Below are positions 9,642-23,400 of a stretch of DNA of 39,544 nt, in pieces (position 1 is the stretch's first letter; every line of letters starts with the position of its first letter). The stretch lies in contig FLMG01000132.1 of the NCBI GenBank assembly GCA_900088475.1, positions 1-39,544 on the forward strand, given 5' to 3'. Below the pieces are notes generated by a model. That model saw nothing but the letters and a program-made list of their open reading frames with translations. It was not told where the DNA came from and made no database searches. The position numbers and the translations under genes were made by a program. This stretch comes from Hyphochytrium catenoides (taxonomy: Eukaryota > Protista > Hyphochytriomycota).

Positions 9642-11706
9642 AGAGGAAGGAAGAGAGAAAGAGAGAAAGAGAGATATAGTCCGACAGAGAGATAAAGATA
9701 GCTCTTACCTCTAGTGTCTCTCCCACCAGCGCCTTCCACACCAATTTGGGGAAGTCAAAGCGTACAGCCACTTGCGTCCTGATGGCAATGCCTAGGATTC
9801 TCCCTAAGAAGAAGTAAAAGTCCGCGTAGATGGGAGAAGAGAGAGAGAGACGAGAGTACTTTGGGTTGATTACAAAGCGATCCTGGTGGTCTCCCAGCTT
9901 GTTTCTCCAGTTTGGACTGGGCATCAGGAGAGGAAGCCTGCACTCCACCATTGTACTGCTCCCGGAACCTCCTGCTTCCTTTGTCTCCTAAAAGAGAGAG
10001 AGAGAGAGAGAGACAACGAGAGAGAAAAGACAGTAAAGAGGGAGAGAGACACCCACAGACACCAGGGGAAGGAAAAATAGATGGGAGAGAACAACGGACA
10101 GTTTCTGTGTGAGCCTCTACCGTTTGAATGTTCAATTCTCTCTTTCTTTGCTCGTTTTTAGGTCATTTTCTCTCTCTCTGGGTCTCTACTCTCTTTCCCC
10201 TCCTCTTTGGTTTCTCCCTTCAACTCCGCCCCTTGGTTTTCTGTGTCTCTCTCTCTGTGTCCTTTCTGTATGTCTGTCTGTCAATATCCGTGTTCTCCCC
10301 TTCACTCCCTATCCGACTTCGAGAAAGTGCCCTCTCCCCCTCGCTCCATAATAGAAATTATTCGTACCCCTTCGACCCCCTTCGACCTCTCTCTCTCTCT
10401 CTCTCGGCCTTTCTCTTTCTCTCTTCTTCCGCCTCATCAGCCTACTATCCAACGCCCTCCCTGTGACCATCTCTCTTTTTCCCTTAGTTGCTTTAGTAAC
10501 TATGTACCTGTCTCAGTACCCTTCAGCGCACTTCTCTCTCTCTCCCCCCCCTTTCTCTCCCCTCTCTCTCTCTCCCTTTCTCTCCCCTCTCTCTCTCTCC
10601 CTTAATCTCCCCTCTCTCTCTCTTGCCTTTTCTCCCTTTCTCTTCGTTCTCTCTCTCTATCTCCTTTCCTCCTCTCTCTCGCCCTCTCTCCCTCCCACCC
10701 TCTCCCTCTCTCTCTCTTTCTTCTCTCTCTCTCTCTCTTACCTGGAGCTCGGCTGCAAACTGAGAGAAGCTCTCTCTGTAGGGTCCGCCATAGTCATCCA
10801 CGCCTTCACCCTCGAACTTGACCCGGAAGGCTCTGCTTTGATTATCATCCATCGGATGACTATAGATAACTCGCAATAACTGATTATCCAGATAATTTAG
10901 AGCCTTGCACGCCTGGCCGAAGAGACTTTCCTGGAGCCGACGCAATAAATTTGGATGATTTTTCGCGTTAGCGGCTCTGGGACGGTTCAGGACCAGCTGG
11001 GGGAGGTCTGGGGGGAAGTCATAGTCGTCTTCGGAGAGAGAGAGAGAGAGAGACGTGAGTTCTAGGGCACGAGAGAGAAGGAGACTCTTTGTATGAAAGA
11101 AGAGAATGTACCGAAGCTCCGTCACCGTCCGGACGAAAGACAACTCTTTGGCNNNNNNNNNNNNNNNNNNNNNNNNNNNNNNNNNNNNNNNNNNNNTGAC
11201 AAGCTCTGAGGCATCGAAGAAGCCGAGACAACGCGAGAAAAGGTCGTTTACAATCCGCAAGAGAGAGACTCTCGCCAAGAGAAGCTCTGGTTGCTTCACG
11301 ACCTCTCCTAAATTGGGAAGAGAGAGAGAGAGAGAGGCTGCCCCTTGATCTTCCCCTGTTCTCCCAAGAACCTCAAGAACTTTTTCAGGAGAGAGATTCC
11401 AGGGGTTCTTTCCTTCTTTCTCGCAGTGAGAGTTGATCGCTTGGATAATGACAGAGTCCAAAGAGAGAGTCCAGACTTGGGAGGTCACGAGGGAAAAGAA
11501 ACGTTCAAAAGAGAGAGTGGGATTGGGAGAGACGGCGGCAGATGAGTCGGCGTTGCCTCCAAGAATGCCTGCAGAAGGGGAAGAATAAAGGAGGAAGAAA
11601 AGAAAGAGAGAGAGAGAGTGACGAGAAATTAGAGACGTAGAGGCCAAAAGAGTGACAAAAGAGAGAAGACAGGCAGGACGCGAAGATCGAAATAAGAAGA
11701 GAGGAA

Positions 11707-11752
<46 letters not shown>

Positions 11753-11907
11753 GAGGGAGAGAGATGAACGTGAGCTCCGCATTGTAAAGGGCGTAATCTC
11801 ATAGGCAACAAACATCACAGGAAGAAACGTCCACTTCATTGAGAAGGAGAAATGAGCCGTGACAAGCATGAGAGAGAGGAGAGAGAGAGAGAGAGAGAGA
11901 AAGAGAA

Positions 11908-11938
<31 letters not shown>

Positions 11939-14900
11939 GAGAGAGAGAGTAAAGCGAAGGAGAGACACACAAAGAGAGACACAAAAGAGAACCGCACCAT
12001 AGAGAGGCAAAGAAGGACACACCAGAGAGAGAGAGAACAAGAGATGGCATGGCTGGGACAGGGGAGAGAAAGAGAAAACAGGGAGAGAGAAAACCTGACT
12101 CCACGACCTACCATGTTTCGGAAAATCTATGGGGCAAGGCTCAGGGGCGCTATCAAAGAGCTTACGGAAGGGATAAGGGGAAGAAAGAGGAGGTCTCTCT
12201 CCCTCATAAAGTTCTCGAGAAACAGGAGAAGCGCCTCTCTTTCCTTCCACGAGCAGCCAGGGGTGGCCCTCTCTATATCCCACCACCACTGCTTCTCCTT
12301 GGGGAGAGAGAATCTTTTGCCCGGGACGGAAAGGGAAAGAGAGAGAGCCTGGCCCGGGAGAGAGAGAGAATGTTCTCTCTTCTCCTTCTTCCGTCAAGAA
12401 TCGCACGTGCTTCCCCTCCATCCAATCTTGAAAGTCCTGATAAGCGAGTCTCAAGAGTTTAATCTGCGTAGCAACGCTCATCTCGTCCCTTGTCTCTCTC
12501 TTCTCTTCTCTCTCTCTCCTCTCTCCCGTCTCTTTAGTCTCTTCTTTGTCCCCTGCGGTCTTCTCTCTCTCTTTCTCCCATGATGACAAGCCCAGGAGTA
12601 ACTCTCCTGCTTTCTGAAGAAGAATAAGGTCAGACATGCCCGTCTCTTTGTCTTCTTCTTTTTCTTCTCTTTCTTTCTCTCTCTCTTTCCCATCAGAGAA
12701 GCTCATTGTATGGGCGAGAAGAGAGAGCTTCTGTCCAGGAGAGAAGAAAGAGAAAGCTGGGTAGAAATCTCCCGAGAGATTGTCAAAGGCCACGCCCAGG
12801 TTTGTGCCATTGCGAGAGAAAGAAAGAGTTCCCGCCGCGAGGTCGAGAGAGACACCGATAATGTCTCCTGGGAGGATCTTCTCTCCATATTGTTTCACTT
12901 TATTCCTATGCACACACAAAATGGGAGAGGGAGAGAGAGACAGCGGCAAGTGTGAGGAGAAAGAGTCATTCACAGCTTGACATAAGCAAAAGAGAGAGGA
13001 AGAGAGCGGGACAAAGAAAAAGAGAGAGAGAGAGAGAGAGAAAGAGAGATATAGGGAGAGACAGAGAGAAAAAGAGAGAGAGAGAGAGACAAAGAGATGA
13101 CGAGAGAGAATGTGAGAGAGAAAAAGAGAGAGAGAGGTACAGCGAAAGAGAGAGCGATACAGAGAAAGAGATAGAGCAACAGAGAGACAGAGAGAGACAG
13201 ACAGAAAGAGAAAGAGAGAGAGAGAGAAACTCTTATGCGGTCACCTCTTATGATAGAGCGCCTTGTCTCCAATATATCCCCAGCCTTTCTCATCTCCGCC
13301 TAGGAAAGTATCGAGAGAGACGCCTCGCTTTGCCACGCCAACCAGGAGAAAAGGAGAAGAAGACGCTTCAACCCTCACTTCCCATCGACTCTCTCCTCTC
13401 CCGCAGCACTCTGAGCCTAAGACTGTGCACCACTCTCCCCCACTCTCTCTCTCTCTCGCCTGGTAGGAGAGAGAGAGACGGTCAAGAGAGAGAAGAAACT
13501 GGTTGGCGTAGCGCGGTTCAAATGTGAAAACCGCGGCTTTTNNNNNNNNNNNNNNNNNNNNNNNNNNNNNNNNNNNNNNNNNNNNNNNNNNNNNNNNNNN
13601 NNNNNNNNNNNNNNNNNNNNNAGGGGCAGAGAGAGAGAGAGAGAGAGAGAAAGGGGAGGGAAGAGAGAGGGAGTGAGAGGAGATGAAGGAAGGAGAGACT
13701 TCGCATATGAGAGAGAGACAGAGAACGTAGAGAGACCAGAATCATTCATGGGTTTACAATGTTTAAAGATCAGGAGAACGAGGTGGACTTGCCTAAAGAG
13801 AGAGAGAAAGAGAGAGGAAAAGAGAGAGAGAGGGAGAGAGAGAGAGAAAGAGAGAGAGGAGGACACAGAGAGAAAGATGAAGGCAAATTGAGGCGCAAGC
13901 CACTCTGATGGGAATAGGTTAGGACAGGACTTGATGCAAAAGAGAGAGAGAGAGGTCAAATTAAGAGACTTAGAGAAGAAGGAGAAAGACATGGGGAGAG
14001 AGAGGCAGAAAAAGGTCTCATGGCCGGAGGGAAGAGGAAAGAGAGAGACACACCTGAAAGAAGAATTCTTCCCTTGAGTGTCGTCTAACATTTTGGCGGT
14101 AAGACGACAGCAGTAGGTCCTACCCAGGAGAAGATCAGAGAGAGAGACACTTTGACTCTCTCCTACATAAGCAACGTAATACGGGCGGCTCTCTTCTTCC
14201 TCTTCTCTTTCCTTGCTGTCTCTCTCTCTCGCTCCAATTGTACCAGCATCGACCTCAAGTGTATAGCAAAACACAGGGAAAGAGACAGTGTCTTCTTCAT
14301 CTTCATTTTCTCTTTCCTTCTCCCAGTTCCAGGAAAGGGTCACAGTCTCTTTCTCTAATTCTGCCTTTAGAGCTATCTTTCTCCCCCGAGAGAGAGAGAG
14401 AGAGCAAGAAGAGAGAGATGGAAGAAGAGAAAGCTTCAGCCTTTTGAGGACGAGGAGATATTCGCAGAGCCATTGGATATAGGAAGAGAACTGAAGACGG
14501 AGCTCTTTCTTCTCTCTCTCTTTCCTTATTTCAAGAGAGAGAAGCAGTTCCAATTCGCTAATCGGTTGGCTCAGTGTCTCTCTCACTTGTTGACGGTCCA
14601 ACTTGAACTCTAACAAACTAGAAAGCTATAAAGAGAGAGAACGAGAGAGAGAGATACAACAGAGAGAGAGGGGAAGAGAGAGATTCAATAGAGGGAAAGG
14701 AAAAATAGCAAGGAGGATAAACGAATGCGTAGAGTGAAAAAGCGAGAGACCAGAAAGGAGAAAGGCAGCGGGACAAATAGAGCAAGAATAGGAGCGCAAA
14801 AGAGGGAGAGAAAGAGAGAGAGAGAAAGAGAAAGAGTGTTTAGTAAAATCTCACTCAACATAGAAGAACCAGCGACAAATCGAGAGAGAGACACCAGAAT

Positions 14901-16085
14901 CGCTAACATTTCTATAGGAAAATAGTTAAAGAGAGGAGGACGTCTGGCTAGTTAAGAATAAGAAAAAAGAGAGAGAGAGAGAGACACACACAGAGAGGGA
15001 GAGAGATGAGAGAGAGAATGAGAGAGAGAGAGAGGCCATAGCAGGATGGAGAAAGGGTCTTACCAGTGTCTTCTCCCATAGTTTGAGCAGATGGACGACC
15101 ATCGGCAGGAGCATCACACGAAGAGAGATGTTACCGCTGAGGAGACACTGTCGGAGCCGCGACAGTAAAGGAGAGAGAAACAAGTTGGTTCTCTCTCTTC
15201 CTTGATTCTCTCTCTCTCTGTCTCTCTCCGCTGACAGCAGCACCTCTATGGCCCAGAGTGCCCATTTCACATTAGGAGAGAAGAGAGCGTCGTTGTCGGG
15301 AAGGAGAGACGGCATTTGGTGCCAGTTCGTTGCCCAGGTGGCGGGGGAATGGGCGGCTTCCTGGAGNNNNNNNNNNNNNNNNNNNNNNNNNNNNNNNNNN
15401 NNAGAGAGAAAAAGATGAAAGAGAAATGTACGTTAGAAGAATGATAGCCCCACCGCCGTAAGTACTGTCTTTTTGGCGGTCTTTGTTCTCTCTTGTCTCT
15501 CTCTCTGTTTCTCTCCGCTACTCTCTCTCTCTCTCTTATGTCTCTCTCCTTTTAGTGTGAACATTAAGCCCTTCAGTTGACTTTCCCCCAGTGTACGCCT
15601 TTCTCTCTAATTTTTCTCTCTCACACTGTCTCTTTCTCTCTCTCATATTCTCTTTATCTCTGGGTTTCTCTCTCTGTGTCTCTCTCTCTGTGTCTCTTTC
15701 TCCCAAAGCTTTCCTGGCCTTACGTGTTAAGTAAGAGATCGGCCATCTTCTGACTGTTGGGATGATTCTTTCCTAGAGTTTCTTTAAGGCATTGTGTCAG
15801 GAGAGAAGAGACTTTCAGAGGATCGTCTCTCTCTCTCTGTTCCTGGGCATTGTCTTCTGATCTCTCTCTGTTTCCTTGACAAGAGAGAATCTCTCCAAAC
15901 TGATTGCCTCGAAAGAGCATTAGACGAGAGAAAGAGACGACTTGCTCAGGCGGGAAAGAGAGAAAGAGAGAACGAACGGCAGGTCGAGACCAGAATGTTT
16001 GAAGGAAAGAAGAGAGAGCCATCCGGGCGTAAAATATTGAGAGATTCTCCTCTGCTCTGGCAAATATTCTGGAAAGCTGATAACA

Positions 16086-16149
<64 letters not shown>

Positions 16150-16939
16150 AGAAGAGGGAGAAGGGGAGAGAGAGAGAGAGAGAGAAGAAGAGAGAGAGAG
16201 AGAGTCGCTCAGTAAATGACCACGCGCGAGTCAACACACGACAGAGGCAAAAAACGGTGAGAGGCAGAGGTGAATCGGAATGGCAAAAGAAAGGAAATGA
16301 GAGAACATAGATCTGGGGATCGAGAGAGAGGGAGACGGGAGACAGTAGGCGAGAGTTGCAAGCTTAAGGAAGAGACAAACGAGAAGAGAGAACAACAGAG
16401 CAATGGAGAGGCAGCAAGAAAGAGAGAAAGAAGAAAGGGACGAATTTAAGTAGAGAGCAAACAATAGAGCGAGAGAGAAGAGACACACACGAAGCCAGAA
16501 AAGCAAAGAAAGAGGGAGACAAAGGGACACAGGACTTCAACGGTCCAAAGGGACTTCTTCCTCCCAAAGAGGAGAAAGCGGAAACGGAGAGAGAGAAAGC
16601 CAGGGAAAGGAAGAGAGAGAGAGAAAGAGAGAGAGAGAAAGAGATGCCGGCAAGACAATGACTAATTTCGCAGTATATAAGCGGCTCTGCGGAGGGAGAA
16701 CGAAGGATTCCTTCTTAGGAGAGACGAAGGGACGCCCACCAGGCGAAGAGAAGAGAGAGAGAAAGAAGGAGAGAGAGAAAGACAAGATCGGGAAGAGAAA
16801 GAACTTCTGCCTCCCTAGCAAGGGAGAAGGAAGTGATCTCACCTGCTCCAGATCCAGCTTTGCAACGCTCTGAGTGAAGTTTCCGAGCTTGGAAGACTTC
16901 TCCAGAGCTGAGGTGCTACTCGACGCTGTGAGCCGCCCG

Positions 16940-16980
<41 letters not shown>

Positions 16981-18423
16981 GGGGTTAGAAAAGGAAAGAA
17001 GAGAGACAGAGAGAATTGGGAGAGATTGAAGAAAATAGAAATTAGAACAGACAGAGGGAGAGAGCAGACAAAAAGTGAGACAAAGGGAAAAAGATTCCGA
17101 ACGAGAATAAGGGAGAGAGAAGAAAGAGTGAGGTTGAAACAAAGGGGCTAAGAGAAGAGAGAAAACCTTGGAACAAAGAGAGGGAAAAAGAGAGAAGCTT
17201 CTTTAATATAGCTATAGCAGGTGAGTAGGGAAACCAGGGGCAGACATTGAGCCAGGGGATAACAGAGATAACGAGCACTGTATCTTAGAATAAGCAGAGA
17301 CAAAGGAAGAGAGAGAGAGAGAGAGAGNNNNNNNNNNNNNNNNNNNNNNNNNNNNNNNNNNNNNNNNNNNNNNNAAGAAGGAGAGAGAGAGAGACAGTCC
17401 AGCTCATACGCTAGAGCTTGTACAGTGGTCAGCGGTTCTCTCAGAGCGCCCACAGGCTCTCCCTTCTCCTCTCCTCTTCCCTCTTTTCTCTCTCTTTCCT
17501 CTCTCAATCCAGGCAGCTCTCTCTCTCCCTCTTTTCCGAAAACCTTAGAGAGAACGCCTACATTGTCTAATATCCAGGAAGAGGCTGCCTCCAAGTCGTT
17601 TTCTGTCTCTTTCAGTGCTGCAAGGCACCATTCTTCCGGAAAGCCTAAGCTTTTTAGGTGTTCTATCAGCTCTGGATCAGCTTCTTCTTCTTCGCCTTCT
17701 TCTTCGTCTCTCTCTCTTCCTCTCTCTCTGTCTTCCTCTCGTGGCCCCTCGCCCTCTCTCTCTCCTAGCTCTTCCTTTTCTTCATCGCGTTCTTCCTCCT
17801 CTTCCCTGTGAAACTCAAAGTGAGAGTCAAGGGAGAGAGACTGCATGGCTTGTGGGACTCTCTCCGTGTTTTCCTCCTCCTCTTCTATTTTTTCTGAGTA
17901 CGAAATGTCTCTCTCTCTTTCGGGGTTTTCTTCACTAGGAGAGGCTAAACCCTCAGGCAGGGTTAGAGAGAGAGAGTACGAAGCTCTCCCGGGAACAGAA
18001 GTTGGTTCTCTCTCTTCCTCTTCTCCTCCTGTCTCTTCATTTCTCGTCCTGTTCTCTCTCTTTGTCACTCTCTCCTCTTCTCTTTCTGAAAAGGAAGAAA
18101 GAGATGGAGAGACAGGCATTCCAGAGCGAGCAGCCATCTCGTTCCTCCTCCTTCTCAGGAGAGAACACTTTTCTTCTGCCTCCATCAGCGTGGCGACCTC
18201 GTCCACTTCTGTCTCTGTCTCTCTCTCTTTCCCTTTCTCTCTTTCTCTCTCTCCTATCGGAGAATTGCTGAAAGAGAGAAGCTGCGGAAGAATCTCTCCT
18301 GCGCCTTTTGCCAGAGCCTCCAGACCTGGAACCTGCGCAATAATCCCTAAGCTTCTCAAGCTCATAGAGAGCACTTGCGCACGGACCGAACCGCGCAAAA
18401 GCTTATACTCTAAAACAAGGCAC

Positions 18424-18469
<46 letters not shown>

Positions 18470-20309
18470 GGAGAGAAAGAGAGGATGGGAGAGAGTGAGA
18501 TACAGCATGGATCACTGCACAATGACCGTTAAAAGGCTCTTACTTGGGAGAGCCGACAAAAGTGCTATCAGGGAAAGCCAAGAAAGAGAGAGAGAATAAG
18601 AGGAGAGAAACAGAGAGAGAGAAAATAAGAGGAGAGAGGAGAGAAAGAGAGCATGGTTTGGCTGCGAGGAGGATAAAGAGAGATGTTCCATATAGAAAGT
18701 AAGAATGGGAATAGGAGATAAGCAAGCTGCTCAATCTTGTCTCACCTCCGTAGTCCTTCCTCTCTCTCTCCAGCATCTCTCTCAAAAGAGGGAGAAAGGC
18801 ACTAGAGATGAGCTCTGAAGAGTCTCTCTCTTTCTCCCCTTCCCCAATCAGTCTTTGCACCGCCTCAGAGGAAGAGAGAGGAACCAAACCTTCTCTCCCA
18901 CTGTTTACAAGCCTTAAAGAGAATTTTTGTAGCGAGGGAACGGTGAAGCCTGAGCGGGAAGGGACAAAAGAGAGAGGAGAAAGCTTGTCTCCCTCTTCTC
19001 TATCCTCTCCTCTCTCTCTCTCATAACTTTCGACACCCATCGTTGACAGAGGCGGGAACTCTTCCCCTAGAAGAGAGAGACTTCTCCCTTCGCTCTCTCC
19101 TCCCATAAAGATGACTGTATAGACTTGGTTGTCCTTGATTACTCTGTTTCCAGGAGAGAGACTCTCCCAGACTCCTCCCAAAAGAGAGAGAGCGCCTAGC
19201 CCTTGCGCTATCTCTATTTCAGAGAGAACGACCGACTCATGGCCAAAGAGAGAGGAAGCACAGGAGCAGCCTTCTTCTCTAGAAGTCGTAGGAGAACGTT
19301 CTAAAGAAAGAGGAGAGAAAGAGGTCAATCGGGAGGAGAGAACGGAGAGAGAGAGAAGAAGAGTCTTTCTTATGCAGGAGACCCAGCTTGGAACAGCGCA
19401 GAGAAGACGAAGAGTACGAAGAAGCTCAGATGTCAAAGTCACAGTCTCTTGGTAAGGTCTCAGCTTTGTCCCAGAGAGAGAAGATGGAGAGAGACAGGAT
19501 CCTGGGCCGCTTCTCTCTTTCTCTCTCTCCGATGACTTCTGTTCATCACTCTCTCTCTCTTCTAGACAAGATTGAGCCTGGGCGACGACTGCCGAAGCCA
19601 TGGCTTGTGCCTGAGCCAGAGTAGGAGAGAGATTGCTCTGGAGAGGATGGCAGGAGAAACTTCCCACAAGTTGAAGAAGATAGGCGACAAAGCTGTGTCT
19701 TTCTTCAAAAGAGAGTTGGACTGACTCTCTCTCTTTCTTTTCTCTCTCTCTTCCTGTGCTCGGAGAAGGACGGGGCAGAGTAGTAGCGAGATTGAGGAGC
19801 AGCGTGTTGACGCTGTCAGGAGAGAGAAAGGGGAGAATGGCACATAAGACGCGAAGAGAGAGCTGCTGCATTTTCACTGTGCCCGTAAGAAATATTCTCA
19901 AGAGCAACTTGTGCCAAGAGAGAGAGAGAAGCTCAAGTCTTCCCTCGTGGGACTTGGAGTGCAGGATCAAGGTGTGAAGAAGACGGCAGCACTCTTTGTC
20001 ACTTGGCGTACTCGGCTGATTTATGCGGGGAAGGAGAGAGAGAGGGAGAATGCGGGGATTGGGCAAGGGAGAGAGAGGAGATAGAAGAGAGAGAGAGACA
20101 AGGGCGTTAGTCAAAGATCCCAGGAGTTACGGGAAAGAGCAACAGAGAGCAAGAAATTTGAAACCGGCGGCATCACCTCCAAATGACACCATCTAGGTAG
20201 AGAGAAAGAGAGAGAGAAGAGAGAGAAGAGAGAGAGCGAGAGAGGAAAGAGAGCGAGAGAGAGCTAGAGAGAGAGAGAGAGAGAAAGAGAGAGCGAGAGA
20301 GCGAGAGAG

Positions 20310-20387
<78 letters not shown>

Positions 20388-20417
20388 AAAAGAGAGAGAG
20401 AGAGAGGAGAGAGAGAA

Positions 20418-20489
<72 letters not shown>

Positions 20490-23400
20490 TTTTACCATGC
20501 TAGGTCCCAATTCCATCATCATCGCTCTCTCTTCTGCCGTCAGCATCCTCTCGTCCACCCTCAAGTCCGCGATAAAGCCATTGACCACGGTGAAGACTCC
20601 TTCTGACTGCAGCTCAAGAGGAAGCTTGCCCCATAATAAATCTATGGACAACAGCGGCTCATCCAAGAGAGAGACAGGTTCCAGGACGTCCCACTGTCCG
20701 TTAACATAAAGATGGAGCCCACCGTGCTCAGAAGCTAGGACGATATGCGTCCATTGTTCCTCAGGGAGAGGGATGCTGCCCAGGATTCTCTCTCTCTCTC
20801 CCGTGGAGGCGGCGTACTGGACCTCTAAGGTTTTCTCTCGTTCGTTGAGGAGAAGGAGAGGAAGACAGCTATTGATCTTTCCCCGAGAGAGAATGAAAGC
20901 CTTGCCTGTTCCTTCAGGAGAAGAAGAGGAGCTGTTGTCAGCTGTTGGCTCGAGCCAGAGCCAGAAAGAGAGAGAGAAAGGTTGAAGTTTCGAAGAGAGA
21001 GAGAGAGTTCTGCTCTGCTCTGTAGGCCGGCCCTCAGCCGAGAGATGGACAGGCTCCTGGATGATCTTATGCACAGCTGTTGGGCCAGATTCTAGTGCAG
21101 CTCTTAAGGTCATCAGTCTTCCCTCTTCTCTTCCGTCGAGCAGCCGAGTCTCCCGCTGATACTCCGTCAGAAGATCCTCTAATTGCGTCTGAAGCATCTG
21201 ATACAGTCCTCCGAGCTTGGGATAGACCGGGACATACATGGAGAGAGAAGACAAGCTAGAAGAGAACGCGAGCGTGCCTCCCTGAACATTGTTAGCACTC
21301 TCTTGGCCAGGACCTGCCGTCCGGTTCTCAGAAACTGGGACAGCTGCGTCCAGGGCTGTCTGCGTGTAAAGCCAGGCGAGGACGGCCTGCAGTGTCTCTC
21401 GGCATTGACGGGAGAGTTTCTCTGGCAATGGCTCTACTTTCCGCGGAGAGGCGGAGCGGTAGTCTCTCTCTCCCTGGGCAATGTGCTTGCTTCTCGTCTT
21501 CCCAGCATCAGGAGAAAGGGACCGAATGACCCGCCAGAGCTGTCCTGGGACGTCCAGCTCCACCACCATTTCCATGGTCTCAGGCGTACACTGAAGGACG
21601 CAACAGCCCGCGATTGCCTCTGTCAAGCGAAGCCTTGCTGGAGAGCCGTCTCGAAGGAGAGAGAGAGGGAGAGACGGAGATGATGATGTCGTAGGCTTCT
21701 CTCTCTCTCTCTCCTGGGGAAGGCACTCCATGAGCTGCTGATAGAACTGCCGGAACTCTTGCAGGACCATCGCCCTGGCCGCAGCTGGAACACCTTCCAA
21801 GTGCTTCAAAGGCTGTCCCTCGAGCGCGGTCGTCTCTCTCATCGACAGATGAAACACCTGCAGGACGTTAATCCTTCCGGACGGGAGCTGGATGCCCGTT
21901 AAGAGCTCGCGGAACGCTTTGACACCAAGAATCCTCGTCCGGGTCCGCCTATAATTGTCAACGATCATCGCGATGATGACATTAGCGTCCAGCGGACCTT
22001 TGTCCGGCTGGCGGTAGGTCTCTCTCTCGGCCCAGGGCGGGAAAGCAGCACCGGCGGAGTCTTCAGAAGCGGACGGAGGACCAGCAGCCGGCCGCTGGGC
22101 TTCAAATGTATGGAGAAGCTTATCATGGGCAGAAAGGCCAAAGGTGGACGGCGTGGACTCCAGAAAGAGAAGAATCTCTCTCGAGAGGAGCCCGACGCCG
22201 TCTGCTAGTATTCTATGTAGGGGAATATGGCGCAGCTCTTCACTCTGTCTCGCAAGACCTTTAAGCCTTGCTACCACGTGAAAGAAAGTCCGGACTCTTC
22301 TCCATCGGCTGCCAGGGAAGCGAGAGAGAAAGCTCTCTCCCTCGTACCGACTCTTCGCATACAGAAGAGGATGTAGGAGCCCTGAGGGGGAGAGAGAGGA
22401 AGAGACGGAAGGAGAGAGACGAAGAAGAGAGCCTTCTTCTACAATGGGATCCCAAGGCCTTGGAAGCGCTGTCTCTTTTGAAGCTAAAGAGGGAGAGAAG
22501 GCGAGCAAGAGGCAGGCTCGGCTGCAAATCTCTTCACAAATGCCTTGAAAGCTTGTACCACTCTCTCTTTTCTCTTCTCTCTCTCTGTCTCTTTCTCCAC
22601 CACCACCCGAAAGCCGTGGTGTTCCCTGGCACTGCGCCCTTAGTTCCGCTCTACAGCGGAGAAGAACCTGTCGGAGCTCCATCACCACGCGCCAGAGGTG
22701 AAGAAATCTTAGAGGCGCCCTTCTCTTTCTGTTAGAAGCAGACAACATTCTCTTCTCTTCTCTCTCTTGTTCTTCTCTCTCTCCTCTCTCGCTTCCGAGT
22801 CTATGTTGCGTATCTTGAGAGGAGGACGGTGTTGACGGAGAGAGAGACAAGCTTTTGCTCAAGAGAAAGGCATCAGAGACGAAGAGATTGTGCTTCAAGA
22901 GAGAGGCGAAGAGCGCTCTCTCTGCTTTCTCCATCAGTTGCGCATCCGCATTGTCTTTGCATTGACGGAGAAGAACACGGGAAGATGGATCAAAGGCAAG
23001 ATAACTCTCTCTCACCCAAGAGAGAAAGTCCTCTGCTGCCCCTGACCCGTCAAGGATATTCTCTAAGAACAGGCGTTGAGAAGAGAGAGAGAGAGGCTGA
23101 AGAAAGCTCTCTCCTTTCTCTGCTCTCGCTTGTATCTGAGAAGAAGGAGAAGGAGAAGGAGAGACTCTCTCGTGCAAGCTCTGTCCTCTTCCTCTCTCTC
23201 CATTTGCCCCTACTAAGGGGAAATACTCAGAGAAAGAAGGGATACACTTTCTTAGGACAACCTCGTCCAGTCCCCCTCTGAATAGCTCTGAGTGGATCCA
23301 GGAAGAATAGAGAGGAGAAGAGAAGAAGAACGAGAAAGAACTTGTCTCTTCATTCTCTTTCCCGTCATCGTCACACTCCAAACTTCCCCCAAGAAGAGAC

